Source: Terriglobia bacterium
Lineage (GTDB): Bacteria; Acidobacteriota; Terriglobia; 20CM-2-55-15
Length of the DNA stretch: 64,000 nucleotides
Direction of reading: 5' to 3'
Assembly: GCA_965198225.1 (NCBI GenBank)
Contig: CBDAOY010000007.1
Location: 192,001 to 256,000 of the forward strand
Below the pieces are notes generated by a model. The model saw only the letters and a list, made by a program, of their open reading frames with translations, made no database searches and was not told the origin of the DNA. Every line of letters begins with the position of its first letter. Positions within the stretch are counted from its first letter, which is position 1. The translations under genes were made by a program, and so were the position numbers. Below, piece after piece: positions 29,819 to 40,528 of the stretch.

Positions 29819-32734
29819 ACGCTGGGAGCTAATCGAGAAGCTGTACCAGGCCGTTGTCGAGCGGCCGCCGGGCGAGCGGGCGGCCTTTCTGGAGGAAGCT
29901 TGCGCCGGTGACGAAGAGCTCCTGCGTGAGCTGGAGTCGTTGCTGGAGCACCGAGAACAGGCCGGATCCTTTATGAAGGCCCCCGTCGTTGACCAATCGG
30001 CGGGATCATTTGGAGAAGATTCCGTCGGATCGTCAGGTAACAAGGACAGCTCGATAGTCGGCAAGACCATCGCTCATTACAAGGTCCTGGCAAAGCTCGG
30101 TGAGGGCGGGATGGGAGAGGTGTGGAAAGCCCGCGACGAAAAACTCGGTCGTGAAGTTGCCCTCAAGACGCTCCCGGAGGAGTTCGCCAAGGATGCGGAA
30201 CGCCTGTCCCGGTTGGAACGCGAGGCGAGGCTGCTGGCGTCGTTGAACCATCCCAACGTCGCGACGATCCACGGGCTGGAGGAACGCGGAGGAACACGAT
30301 TCCTCGTCCTGGAACTCGTCGAAGGCGACACGCTCGCGGACCGGCTCAAGGGAGGAGCCATCCCCGTCGAAGAATCCCTCAAGCTGGCCCTCCAGATTGC
30401 CGAAGCCCTCGAAGCCGCGCACGAAAAAAGTGTCATTCATCGGGATCTGAAACCCGCCAACATCAAAGTCACTCCCGACGGCAAGGTCACGGTGCTCGAC
30501 TTCGGGTTGGCGAAGGCGTTTGCGGGGGATGGGGCGGATGTGAACCTGTCCCAGTCACCCGCGTTGAGTGCGGCTACCCAGCCAGGGGTCATTCTGGGAA
30601 CGGCAGCGTACATGTCCCCGGAGCAGGCACGGGGACAGGAAGTCGATAAGCGCACCGACATTTGGGCGTTTGGATGTGTCCTGTACGAGATGCTGACGGC
30701 TCGCCGCCCATTTCGTGGGGAGACGCTCTCCGACATCGTCGCCAAGATTCTCGAAAGCGGGCCGGACTGGAGCAGCCTGCCTGCGAACACCCACGCGAAG
30801 ATTCGCGAACTACTCGAACGTTGCCTCGACAAGGACGTCAAGGCTCGGTGGCACGACATCGCCGACGTGCGGGTGGACATTCAGAAGGTTCTTGCTGATC
30901 CAAGCGGCGTGATAGTCCGGCCGGTTGCCGATGAGCTTCAGGCACCGCAGAAACCAACGCCGCGGTGGGTCTGGGCCGCCGTCGCACTGGCGGCGATCGT
31001 AGCCCTCATCGCGACTTTGAACCTGCAACCCGACGCGCCAACTCCCACCGTCGTGCGGTTTTCGCACCGCCTGCCCGCCGGGCAAGCGTTCACCGCCGCT
31101 AGCCCTCAGACTACCCGACGACTGATCGATGTCTCCCCGGATGGTTCCACCATCGTGTACGCGGCAAACGGCGAGCTGTGGATCCGAGATGTCGGTTCCG
31201 AGGAGGTGCGCCCAGTTTCGGGGACTCAGGAGAACTCGCGCCACCCGATCTTTTCACCGGACGGCGAATGGGTAGCGTACTGGGCCGACGGCCAACTCAA
31301 GAAGGTTCAGACCGCCGGTGGGACTCCGGTGGTGTTGTGTGATGCAACGAATCCCACTGGTTGGGATTGGGCTGGAGACACGGTTTTCTTCGGCCAAGGC
31401 GACCGGGGAATTATGAGCGTTTCGTCGAACGGAGGTACACCGGTGGTTGTTGTTGCGGAGGGCGGATGGGGTCCCCGAATGCTGCCCGGCGGCGAAGTCT
31501 TGATGTTCCATCGGATGTCGGCCGAGTCGTCGAGCGGGTTCCAGATATGGGCGCAAACGTTGGAGACAGGTGAACAGACGCTTCTCGTCGAGGATGGCCG
31601 GGCGCAAGGGTACGCTTCGACTCGACATCTCATCTATTTTCTGGACGCCGCGATCTTTGCGGTGCCATTCGACGCTCAAAACCTAGAGGTTTTGGGCGGA
31701 CCCGCGTCGGTAATCGAGAACGTGAGCCGACTGGAGATCCCACAATCTGTGCCGCACTTTAGCCTATCCGACAACGGCACGATCGCTTACATCTCCAGCG
31801 AAAACGCATCCCTGGAACGAAGCCTGGTTTGGGTGGACCGTGACGGACGCAATACGGTGCCACTCGGTGCCGACCCTGCCGACTACGGCCTCCCGCGCAT
31901 TTCGCCGGAGGGGACTAAGGTTGCGGTTGAAATCCTCGCAAGAGGTGATCGTCACATATGGGTGTATGACCTTGAAAGAGAGTCATGGAGCCAGTTCACC
32001 TTCGAAGGCTCCAGCCGGGTGAGCGGAGATAGGGGGCCTGTCTGGACTCGGGACGGTAGCAGAATTGCTTTCATGTCAGACCGGCAACCGCCGAACGACA
32101 TTTATTGGAAACCGGCGGATGGCAGCGGCGAGGCCGAACTGCTCCTGGAACAAGATTTCCACCTGGTACCGGTCTCGTGGTCCCCGGACGACGATGTCCT
32201 GGCGTTTTATCTCATCGACCCGGAAACGCAACGAGACATCTGGACTCTTCAAGTGAACGATGCCGCGGCAAAGCCGGAACCTTTTCTCGCTGGCCCAGCC
32301 GATGAAAGAGCCCCAGCGTTTTCACCGGGTGGCAATTGGATCGCTTACGTTTCAGATGAGACGGGGCGGGACGAAGTTTGGGTGAAACCGTATCCAAGCA
32401 CGAGTGGAGGCCAGCGACGGATTTCGACCGGGAGTGTCGAGCCCGTGTGGTCGCATGATGGCCGAGAATTATTCTTCCGCACGATCGAGGGGGACATGAT
32501 GGCGGTACAGGTGGACGTCGGCACACCCTTCACATTCGAGCCGCCTCGAAAGCTCTTCGACGGACGTATATGAACTTTGAGGATCCCTCTCAGCGAGGAG
32601 TGCAAACATACGATGTTCATCCGGACGGAGATCGTTTCCTGATGGTTACAGAGCCACAAGAACAGATCAGCGAAAGGATCCACATCGTCGTGAACTGGTT
32701 TCAAGAGCTGAAAGAACGCGTGCCGGTGCCATGA
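29808..32734 (+). CDS. Ser/Thr kinase with ECF-partner N-terminal extension + TolB-like propeller; frameshift near 32565
   Basis: PERWELIEKLY...RAAFLEEACAGDEELLRELESLL extension and kinase motifs. The C-terminus ...YDVHPDGDRF...NWFQELKERVPVP* continues in another frame to 32734. Confidence 0.88.
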
Positions 32735-33095
32735 TCTTCTCGTCTGAGTCGCGAACCCTGCAAGGTTCTGGGAACCGATTGTTCAGTTCTGTTCAGTCGA
32801 GCGACGCATCGGACTCGTTGCCAACCCGCAAACACGTCGTGGTGAACGGTGGAGTGGGTCAAAAGAGATGGAATGAGCCCCTGTTTGACCACAGGCGCTC
32901 ATCGGACTTGACGCTCGTTTAGAAATAGCTGATACTAAAGGCCTTACCGAAGGGATCGTAGCTCAGTCGGAAGAGCGCCTGCTTTACACAACAACTCAAA
33001 CACACCATCTTGTTGGTTCTTCGTGCCTGTTGGTTGGGTCAGGGCATGGTGTTACATGGTATTCGGCAGAAAATTGTTCAGTAAATTGTTCAGTC
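32735..33095 (+). repeat. Full att-like repeat copy B (left arm, promoter, tRNA-Val 5' half, right arm)
   Basis: TTGTTCAG/CTGTTCAG pair at ~32779-32796; TTGACG-N17-GATACT; tRNA half at 32952-32989; two AATTGTTCAGT. Confidence 0.9.
32952..32989 (+). pseudogene. tRNA-Val(TAC) 5' half only
   Basis: GGGATCGTAGCTCAGTCGGAAGAGCGCCTGC TT-TAC-AC followed by non-tRNA sequence. Confidence 0.85.
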
Positions 33096-33283
33096 GGCCT
33101 TAAAGCAGGGTCATTCTTATTCGCGGCAACCGGACTCACCGCACTCGTCTCAAGGCGCCATTTGTCCGATACGCCAGTTTCACCTACCCGACACTTTGAT
33201 TGCTTCCAACTCCCACCTTTCGTAGTATTTACGCAAGTTTTTCCTGATCATGGCGAGGGAACGCCTGCGAGGCAGCGCGGCCT

Positions 33284-36082
33284 ATGGCTCTCACGGCAGG
33301 TACACGTCTGGGTCCCTACGAAATCGGCGCCCAACTCGGCGCTGGTGGTATGGGCGAGGTGTATCGTGCCACCGACACCCGTCTGGACCGCACGGTTGCC
33401 ATCAAAGTCCTTCCTCAACACCTCGCCGACGAACCGCAACGTCGGGAACGCTTCGAGCGTGAAGCCAAAGCCGTCAGCAGCCTGAACCATCCGCATATCT
33501 GCACGCTCCACGACGTGGGTGAACAGGACGGGATTCACTACCTCGTCATGGAGTACGTGGAGGGCGACACACTCCAGCAGCGATTGGAGAAGGGACGATT
33601 GCCGCTCGATCAGGCGCTCGAATACTCCATCCAGATCGCGGACGCGTTGGACAAGGCGCATCGGCAAGGTGTTGTGCACCGGGATCTGAAGCCTGGGAAC
33701 ATCATGATCACGAAATCAGCTGGCGTGAAGTTGCTCGACTTCGGGTTGGCGAAACTGAAGGGCGACGCCGGCCACGTGTCTCCTCTGTCGCAGTTGCCCA
33801 CGCAGGACGCCTCCGCACCTCTCACCGCTGAAGGCACCATCCTCGGCACGCTCCAGTACATGGCACCCGAGCAGTTGGAGGGCAAGGAAGCCGACGCCCG
33901 GACGGACATTTTCGCGTTCGGTGCCGTCGTCTACGAGATAGTGACGGGGAAGAAAGCGTTTGAGGGATCGAGTCAGGCAAGTTTGATCGCGGCGATCATC
34001 GAGCGCCAACCACCGGCGATTTCGGAACAGCAGGTTCTGGCCCCTTCGGCCTTGGACCGTTTGGTTCGCACTTGCTTGGCCAAAGATCCTGATGACAGGT
34101 GGCAGTCTATGGCGGACCTCTGTCGCGAACTTGAGTGGCTTTCCAGAAGGGAAACTGTCGATGTGCAGGCGATTAAGGAATCTCGGAGTCGTTCAAACAA
34201 GATTCAAACTGCAATGATCGTCGCGCTCCTCCTGGTTGTGTCGGTCATAGCAATCTCCTACTTCAGCGAAAGTGATCCACTACAAAGTTCCACCGCAGGG
34301 CAGCAAGTTCGGCAGCAACTGACCTATCAAGAATCGGCAAGCAAACCATCGTTATCACCGGACGGCGAGTTTCTCGCTTACGGAGTTGCTGACTGTTCCC
34401 CGGGCGCGGCCTGCAGAGCGCAACTTATGGTCAAGGATCTTGCAGGCGGAGATCCTATTTCGCTTGGTCCTGAGATTTCCTTTGACGGCCAGGAACTTAG
34501 GCCAAACTTTTTCTGGTCCATCGAGTGGAGTCCCGACGGTCAGGAATTGCTCTTTACTGCCCGCTACAATTCGAACCCTGAACTCTCAGGAGTCTACAGG
34601 ATTCCAAGACTGGGTGGTTTCGCCGAGCGGGTCGCAACGGAAGGTGTAGTTACATCTGCGGCGTATCGATTCGACGGAGAAACAATTGACTGGATTGCGA
34701 AGCCAGAAGGGCTCCAAGCGCAATCAGTCATGCGAACCAAGCAGGAAAACTCTGAAGTAGTGACTCGCACGTTGCCTATACGCGCCACACACCACCAATG
34801 GTCACCGGATGGTCAATGGCTTGCGTTGGTGGGGGCACCTGGGTTTGGCTTTTTCCGGAGCGGACCTGAAGTCGTGATCATGAGCCCGAGTTTTGAGATC
34901 GCAGACAAGATTCAGATAGGAAGTGCGACGGAGGGCTGGCCACACGTGCGTTGGCATCCGAGCGGGAACGCCATTTATCTCATGGTTGAGGGGGACCTTT
35001 TACGCGTCGAGATAGATGAGTCGAGCGGTACTTTCCTCAGCACCGAGGAGGTGGTTAGCGGCGTAGAGCCCCACGGTCTGCGGCAGTCCGAATTCGATGT
35101 CTCCCGGGACGGTCTATCCTTCGTCCATACACTGACGCGCGAGCGAATCGAAATTCGAGCCCTAGAAGCAAGTAACGATGGTCTCACAATGTCCGTACTC
35201 GCCGGCGGCATGACGTGGCGCGATTTCCCGGCCCTGTCGCCGGATGGAGAGATCGTCGCATACGTTCGGGAAGACCAACTGGGCTCGAACATTTATGTTG
35301 TTCCTTTCCGAGGTGGAGTCGAGCGAGCACTCACGGCCACGGCGAATGAGAAAACTCATCCACGCTGGTCCCCCGACGGCTCCCAGCTTGCCTATGTTGC
35401 ATTGGAGGATGAAGCTGTCTGGTTGAACGTCACAGCAAGTGTACCTGGGCAGATTGAGCAGATTGCGCGCCTATATGGGGCTGACACTCCTCCTTTTGCC
35501 TGGTATCCGGACAGCGAAAGACTGCTATTTGTAGACGAGTCTGGAAGGCTTTCGATTGCTACACTCGGAGAAGAAGATGTCCAGCACCTGATGGCTTTGT
35601 CGGACACGCCTGGAATAGGTTGGGGCGTGTCTGTGGAGCCGAACAGCGAATCAGTTGCAGTTTTTAATCACGGTCTCGGCGTAGAAGCGGGACTCCCCAT
35701 ATGGCTGGACGTTGCTTCGCTCGCTACTACGGCAAGCAAATGGACAACAGTCTTCAGGTCCCAGTTGGAGAATCTCGTAACGTCCACGCAGTCCGTTGGC
35801 AGCGCCGCCCTGATAGGATGGGTTCGTGGAGGCCTGCACGGTTGGATGCCCGATGGACGGCTGCTTTTGCTGCACTCCCGTTCAGAAGGAGTCGAAGTGA
35901 GCGCCGGTGTATGGGCCATACCAGTGGACGGCGGTACCCCCGAACAGCTTCTGGATCTCAGCGAATCATGTGGCGCACCCACGTGGGGCTCCTTGACCCT
36001 GGACCTGCGACGGATCGTCTGTGCGTATCGCCAGTCCGAAATGGACATCTGGTTGATAAGCAGTTTTGACGGGCGGCAATAA
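33284..36082 (+). CDS. Hanks-type Ser/Thr kinase + TM + divergent TolB-like propeller
   Basis: Kinase domain nearly identical to the 22985 gene; unrelated C-terminal sensor with SPDG repeats. Confidence 0.92.
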   Translation: MALTAGTRLGPYEIGAQLGAGGMGEVYRATDTRLDRTVAIKVLPQHLADEPQRRERFEREAKAVSSLNHPHICTLHDVGEQDGIHYLVMEYVEGDTLQQRLEKGRLPLDQALEYSIQIADALDKAHRQGVVHRDLKPGNIMITKSAGVKLLDFGLAKLKGDAGHVSPLSQLPTQDASAPLTAEGTILGTLQYMAPEQLEGKEADARTDIFAFGAVVYEIVTGKKAFEGSSQASLIAAIIERQPPAISEQQVLAPSALDRLVRTCLAKDPDDRWQSMADLCRELEWLSRRETVDVQAIKESRSRSNKIQTAMIVALLLVVSVIAISYFSESDPLQSSTAGQQVRQQLTYQESASKPSLSPDGEFLAYGVADCSPGAACRAQLMVKDLAGGDPISLGPEISFDGQELRPNFFWSIEWSPDGQELLFTARYNSNPELSGVYRIPRLGGFAERVATEGVVTSAAYRFDGETIDWIAKPEGLQAQSVMRTKQENSEVVTRTLPIRATHHQWSPDGQWLALVGAPGFGFFRSGPEVVIMSPSFEIADKIQIGSATEGWPHVRWHPSGNAIYLMVEGDLLRVEIDESSGTFLSTEEVVSGVEPHGLRQSEFDVSRDGLSFVHTLTRERIEIRALEASNDGLTMSVLAGGMTWRDFPALSPDGEIVAYVREDQLGSNIYVVPFRGGVERALTATANEKTHPRWSPDGSQLAYVALEDEAVWLNVTASVPGQIEQIARLYGADTPPFAWYPDSERLLFVDESGRLSIATLGEEDVQHLMALSDTPGIGWGVSVEPNSESVAVFNHGLGVEAGLPIWLDVASLATTASKWTTVFRSQLENLVTSTQSVGSAALIGWVRGGLHGWMPDGRLLLLHSRSEGVEVSAGVWAIPVDGGTPEQLLDLSESCGAPTWGSLTLDLRRIVCAYRQSEMDIWLISSFDGRQ

Positions 36083-36084
36083 CG

Positions 36085-36117
36085 ATGATTCCCGGCACCC
36101 AACTCGGCAGCTACGAA
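36085..36117 (+). pseudogene. 11-codon remnant of a kinase start ([11 protein letters not shown])
   Basis: CCCGGCACCCAACTCGGCAGCTACGA is identical to the start of the 25690 fragment. Confidence 0.7.
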
Positions 36118-36161
36118 CCCACTTTTCCCCGAGTACGATTCGCGTGCAGCAGGAGGAATCC

Positions 36162-37781
36162 ATGAACCGTAGAGAGGTATTGGCCGGTCTGTTGGCCGCG
36201 GCAGCGTTTGGCCCTGATGCTTGTGGCACAGCCTTTGCAGAGGCCCAACAGGAGAACGCGTCGTTCGATCCGAGGACTCCACGCCCGCTGCGGTCGCCGA
36301 CCCTGCGTGAATTCCGTGCGATCGCCGAGGACTACGGGCTGGAACTTACCGACAGTGAACTCAACGTGTACCTGGAACGCATGAAACCTCAACTGGCTTC
36401 CTTGCGGAAGCTGGAGCAGATGGCCGAGCCGACTTTGCCCGTGAAGTACCCACGAACACCGGGCTACCGGCCAAAACGGGAGGACAACCCGCTTAACGCG
36501 TGGTTCTGGAAATGCTCCATCAAGGGGGCCTCGAGCGGATTGCTGGCCGGCAAGAAAGTGGTCGTCAAGGACACGTATTGTGTTGCAGGGTTGCCTCTGA
36601 CCAACGGTTCAAGCGTCTTGGATGGATTCGTTCCCAACGTCGACGCGACGGTGGTGACCCGGATTCTCGATGCTGGCGGCGAGATCGTCGGCAAATCAGT
36701 CTGCGAGGCGTTTTCATTTTCTGGAGGCAGCCACACTTCAGACACCGGCCCAGTAGTAAACCCCCACGACCGAACCCGCTCGGCCGGGGGTTCCTCAAGC
36801 GGAAGTGGGGCTCTTGTGGCCGCCGGCGAAGTCGACATCGCGACGGGAGGCGACCAGGGCGGATCGATCCGCATTCCCAGTTCCTGGTGCGGGATCTTCG
36901 GTCTCAAGCCGACCTACGGTCTGGTGCCGTATACGGGCATTTTCCCCGGAGAAATGACCATCGACCATACAGGGCCGATGGCCCGGACGGTCGAGGATTG
37001 CGCGCTACTGCTCGAGTCGGTCGCAGGACCGGACGGTTTCGACCCGCGACAGTGGGAACGCCGCGAGGGCGAAACCTACAGCCAGATGCTGACCGGAGAT
37101 GCCCGTGGACTTCGGTGTGGCGTTCTCAAGGAAGGGTTCGGGCGGCCGGAGGGGGAGACAGATGTCGACAATTTGGTCCGCGAGGCAGCAGAGCGGCTCA
37201 CGAGGACTGGGGCATCGGTCACCGAGGTTTCTGTTCCGATGCATCTGGAGGCCGCTGCAATATGGTCCGGCTTGAATGCGGGAGTCCTGCACCTCATGGA
37301 GAGCGGTGCGGTTGGAACGAACTGGCAGGGATTCTACCTGACGCAGTTAGTGGATGCTCTGGGGGCGCGAATGAAGGAGCGCGCAAACGACTGGCCTCCG
37401 AATGTCAAAGGATACATGCTCGGCGCCCGTTGGGTGCGAGACAACTATCACGGGCGTCATTATGCCAAGATGCAGAACATGAGAGGCGTTCTGCGAGACG
37501 CGTACAACCACGCCTTCGATGAGGTCGACCTGTTGGTCCTTCCGACGATTCCGATGAAAGCAACGCCCATACCGCCACCCGACGCGGATCTGAACCAAGT
37601 TGTCGAGCGCGCCGAAGAAATGTCCGGGAACACTTACCCATTCAATTTATCCGGCCACCCGGCAATGAACGTGCCCTGCGGCATGTCGGAAGGCCTCCCG
37701 GTCGGGATGATGCTCGTTGGACGACATGGGGAGGACGGGACGGTTCTACGAGCCGCCCATGCTTTCGAGCAACTCGGGTGA
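36162..37781 (+). CDS. Tat-signal amidase-signature family enzyme
   Basis: RBS AGGAGG; NRREVL signal; VKD, GGSSSGS and GGDQGGSIRIP (Ser-cisSer-Lys triad) motifs. Confidence 0.9.
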   Translation: MNRREVLAGLLAAAAFGPDACGTAFAEAQQENASFDPRTPRPLRSPTLREFRAIAEDYGLELTDSELNVYLERMKPQLASLRKLEQMAEPTLPVKYPRTPGYRPKREDNPLNAWFWKCSIKGASSGLLAGKKVVVKDTYCVAGLPLTNGSSVLDGFVPNVDATVVTRILDAGGEIVGKSVCEAFSFSGGSHTSDTGPVVNPHDRTRSAGGSSSGSGALVAAGEVDIATGGDQGGSIRIPSSWCGIFGLKPTYGLVPYTGIFPGEMTIDHTGPMARTVEDCALLLESVAGPDGFDPRQWERREGETYSQMLTGDARGLRCGVLKEGFGRPEGETDVDNLVREAAERLTRTGASVTEVSVPMHLEAAAIWSGLNAGVLHLMESGAVGTNWQGFYLTQLVDALGARMKERANDWPPNVKGYMLGARWVRDNYHGRHYAKMQNMRGVLRDAYNHAFDEVDLLVLPTIPMKATPIPPPDADLNQVVERAEEMSGNTYPFNLSGHPAMNVPCGMSEGLPVGMMLVGRHGEDGTVLRAAHAFEQLG

Positions 37782-37825
37782 CACGACAGGTCCTTCGGAA
37801 AATAAGGGGGTTGGACACGGAGAAA

Positions 37826-40528
37826 ATGATCGGCAAAACGCTCGGTCACTACGAGATCACCGACAAGCTCGGTCAGGGCGGCATGGGATCGGTGTGGCTG
37901 GCGCAGGATTCGAAGCTGGGTCGGCAGGTCGCGATCAAGACCCTCCCGGAAGAGTTTGCACAGGACGAAGAGCGCCTGGCCCGGTTTGAACGGGAAGCCA
38001 AACTGCTGGCATCGTTGAACCACCCGAACATTGCCGCCATCTACGGACTGGAAGAAGACACCGGCACCCGCTTCCTTGTTCTGGAACTCGTCGAAGGTGA
38101 CACGCTTGCAGATCGGTTGAAGCGCGGTGCCGTCCCTGTCGAAGAATCCCTCAAACTCGCCTTGCAGATCGCAAAAGCCCTCGAAGCGGCGCACGAGAAG
38201 GGTGTCATCCACCGGGACCTGAAACCCGCCAACATCAAGGTCACATCCGAGGAGAGGATCAAGGTTCTGGACTTCGGGTTGGCGAAGGCGTTCGCGGGCG
38301 ATGGTGCCGATGCGAGCCTCTCAAATTCACCAACCCTGAGCATGGCGGCAACGCAACAGGGGGTGATTCTCGGTACCGCAGCCTATATGAGTCCTGAGCA
38401 GGCGAGTGGCGAAGCGACTGATAAGAGAGCCGACATTTGGTCCTTTGGTGTCGTCCTGTTTGAACTGCTGGTCGGACGACAGGTATTCACCGGCAGGACG
38501 GCCTCCCACGTGATGGGGGCAGTCCTGAACATCGAACCAGACTGGAACAGTTTGCCTCCGAATCTCCATCCTCGACTCCGATTGCTTCTTGAACGCTGCC
38601 TGGAAAAGGAGGCCAAGGACCGGGGCCACGACATTGCCGACGTGCGCGTGGATATTCAGAAGGTGCTCGCTGATCCCAACGGGGTGATGGTCCAGGAGGC
38701 TGCCGAAGTCCGGGCGTCGCGACCACCCCTTTCCTGGGTCGCACTCACAGCCGTTCTCAGTATGGCCCTCGTTGGAGTCACAGTCTGGAACATGAGGCCG
38801 ACAGCTCCACCTGACGCGGGACCAATCAGCCGCTTCGACTACCAACCGCCCGAAGGACTGCAGTTTGGAAACCCCGGGGGATCTCTAGTCGCAATTTCAC
38901 CCGACGGTCGTCACTTCGCCTACAACACCGCCGGCGGTCTCTACTTGCGCTCAATGGACGAACTTGAGGCCAGACTCCTCCCCGAAACCCAGGCAGGTGT
39001 CGCTACTCCGGTGTTCTCACCGGACAGTCGATGGATTGCGTACTGGTCCCAAACAGACGCCCAACTGAAAAAGATCGCCGTCGGTGGGGGTGCGCCCGTG
39101 ACCCTGTGCGATGCCGTCAGGCCTGATGGGGTGAGCTGGACAGTAGACGACACGTTACTGTTCGGTCGCCGCAACCAGTTTTCCACAGAGGGAGCCGCGA
39201 TCATGCGGATTTCCTCGAATGGAGGAACCCCAGAAGTACTAATCGAGGCTAGAGAAGGCGAACTGGTCTACGGGCCCCAGTTACTGCCCGATGGAGAGTC
39301 CGTACTCTTCACCGTGACGCGCGACACTGGGCCAACGCGGTGGGACCGGGCCCAGGTTGTCGTGGACTCGTCGGAATCGGGTGAGCGAAGGGTTCTGTTT
39401 GAGACCGGCAACGACGCGCGCTATGTGCCGACAGGCCATCTCACTTATGCGATTGACAATGTGCTGTTTGCAGTTCGGTTTGACGTTGTTGGCCTAGAGG
39501 TCGTTGGAGGTAGCGTTCCGGTCATTGAGGGCGTCGGGAGGGGTAGTTATCCGGGTCAGGCACGAGCCGCCGCGCACTATGGTTTCTCCGACAGTGGGAC
39601 GCTTGTATATCTCAGCGGAGGGGGGGGCTCACGCGATCCGAATCTGCTGCTTGTGGATCGTGAGGGGATCCCCGTCTCGGTGACGGATGACCGGCGCGAC
39701 TACGACGCCAACAGGATGTCCCCGGACGGTCAGAAGATCGCCGTTGGCGTAGTCTCGGTGGGAGAAAGCGACATTTGGGTCTATGACTTGCAGAGTGGGA
39801 CTCCGAGCCAGCTGACGGAGACCGACGGCAGGGAAAAGCGTTTTCCGACCTGGAGCCCAGACGGTTCGATGGTTGCGTTTACGGCGGACGGAGACATTTA
39901 CTGGAAGAAGGCGGACGGCAGCGAAGAAGCCGAGTTGTTGTGGGACGGCGAGTACCCCATCGATGATTACATGTCTTTCTCTTCGGACGGCAAGTACCTG
40001 GCCTTAGCCGAGCGTGGTGAGAACAAATCCAGCATATGGGTGCTATCAATGGAGAACCGGACGGCGGAGCCATTCCGGAATGATCCCGGTTCGGTATACC
40101 GCCCGATTTTTTCTCCAGATGGAAAGTGGATCGCCTACGACACCAATGAGTCCGGACGCGCGGAGGTGTGGGTCGCGCCATTTCCGGGTCCGGGGAGCAG
40201 AATTCAGGTTTCAACGGATGGAGGTGCGTTTCCGATGTGGTCTCCTGACTTGGGAGCGTTGTTCTTTCGGGGAGGTCCAGATAGCCAGGAGATCTGGGTG
40301 GCTCGAATCAAGCCCGAACCCTCTTTCAGCAGAAACGATCCGGCGGTCCTGTTCCGGCTCGACTTCCCGTTCCATGTTAACGACATCGATCCGGACGGCG
40401 AGCGGTTCCTGATGTTGGGGCTTGGGGATAGCGCAGGGCAGACTGGGGACACCGCCGCGCCAAGACAGGACATCATCATCGTCCAAAACTGGTTCGAGGA
40501 ACTGAAGGAACGGGTGCCTGTTCCATGA
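37826..40528 (+). CDS. Ser/Thr kinase + TM + TolB-like propeller
   Basis: GQGGMG, HRDLKPAN, DFG and YMSPE; ends NWFEELKERVPVP. Confidence 0.92.
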   Translation: MIGKTLGHYEITDKLGQGGMGSVWLAQDSKLGRQVAIKTLPEEFAQDEERLARFEREAKLLASLNHPNIAAIYGLEEDTGTRFLVLELVEGDTLADRLKRGAVPVEESLKLALQIAKALEAAHEKGVIHRDLKPANIKVTSEERIKVLDFGLAKAFAGDGADASLSNSPTLSMAATQQGVILGTAAYMSPEQASGEATDKRADIWSFGVVLFELLVGRQVFTGRTASHVMGAVLNIEPDWNSLPPNLHPRLRLLLERCLEKEAKDRGHDIADVRVDIQKVLADPNGVMVQEAAEVRASRPPLSWVALTAVLSMALVGVTVWNMRPTAPPDAGPISRFDYQPPEGLQFGNPGGSLVAISPDGRHFAYNTAGGLYLRSMDELEARLLPETQAGVATPVFSPDSRWIAYWSQTDAQLKKIAVGGGAPVTLCDAVRPDGVSWTVDDTLLFGRRNQFSTEGAAIMRISSNGGTPEVLIEAREGELVYGPQLLPDGESVLFTVTRDTGPTRWDRAQVVVDSSESGERRVLFETGNDARYVPTGHLTYAIDNVLFAVRFDVVGLEVVGGSVPVIEGVGRGSYPGQARAAAHYGFSDSGTLVYLSGGGGSRDPNLLLVDREGIPVSVTDDRRDYDANRMSPDGQKIAVGVVSVGESDIWVYDLQSGTPSQLTETDGREKRFPTWSPDGSMVAFTADGDIYWKKADGSEEAELLWDGEYPIDDYMSFSSDGKYLALAERGENKSSIWVLSMENRTAEPFRNDPGSVYRPIFSPDGKWIAYDTNESGRAEVWVAPFPGPGSRIQVSTDGGAFPMWSPDLGALFFRGGPDSQEIWVARIKPEPSFSRNDPAVLFRLDFPFHVNDIDPDGERFLMLGLGDSAGQTGDTAAPRQDIIIVQNWFEELKERVPVP

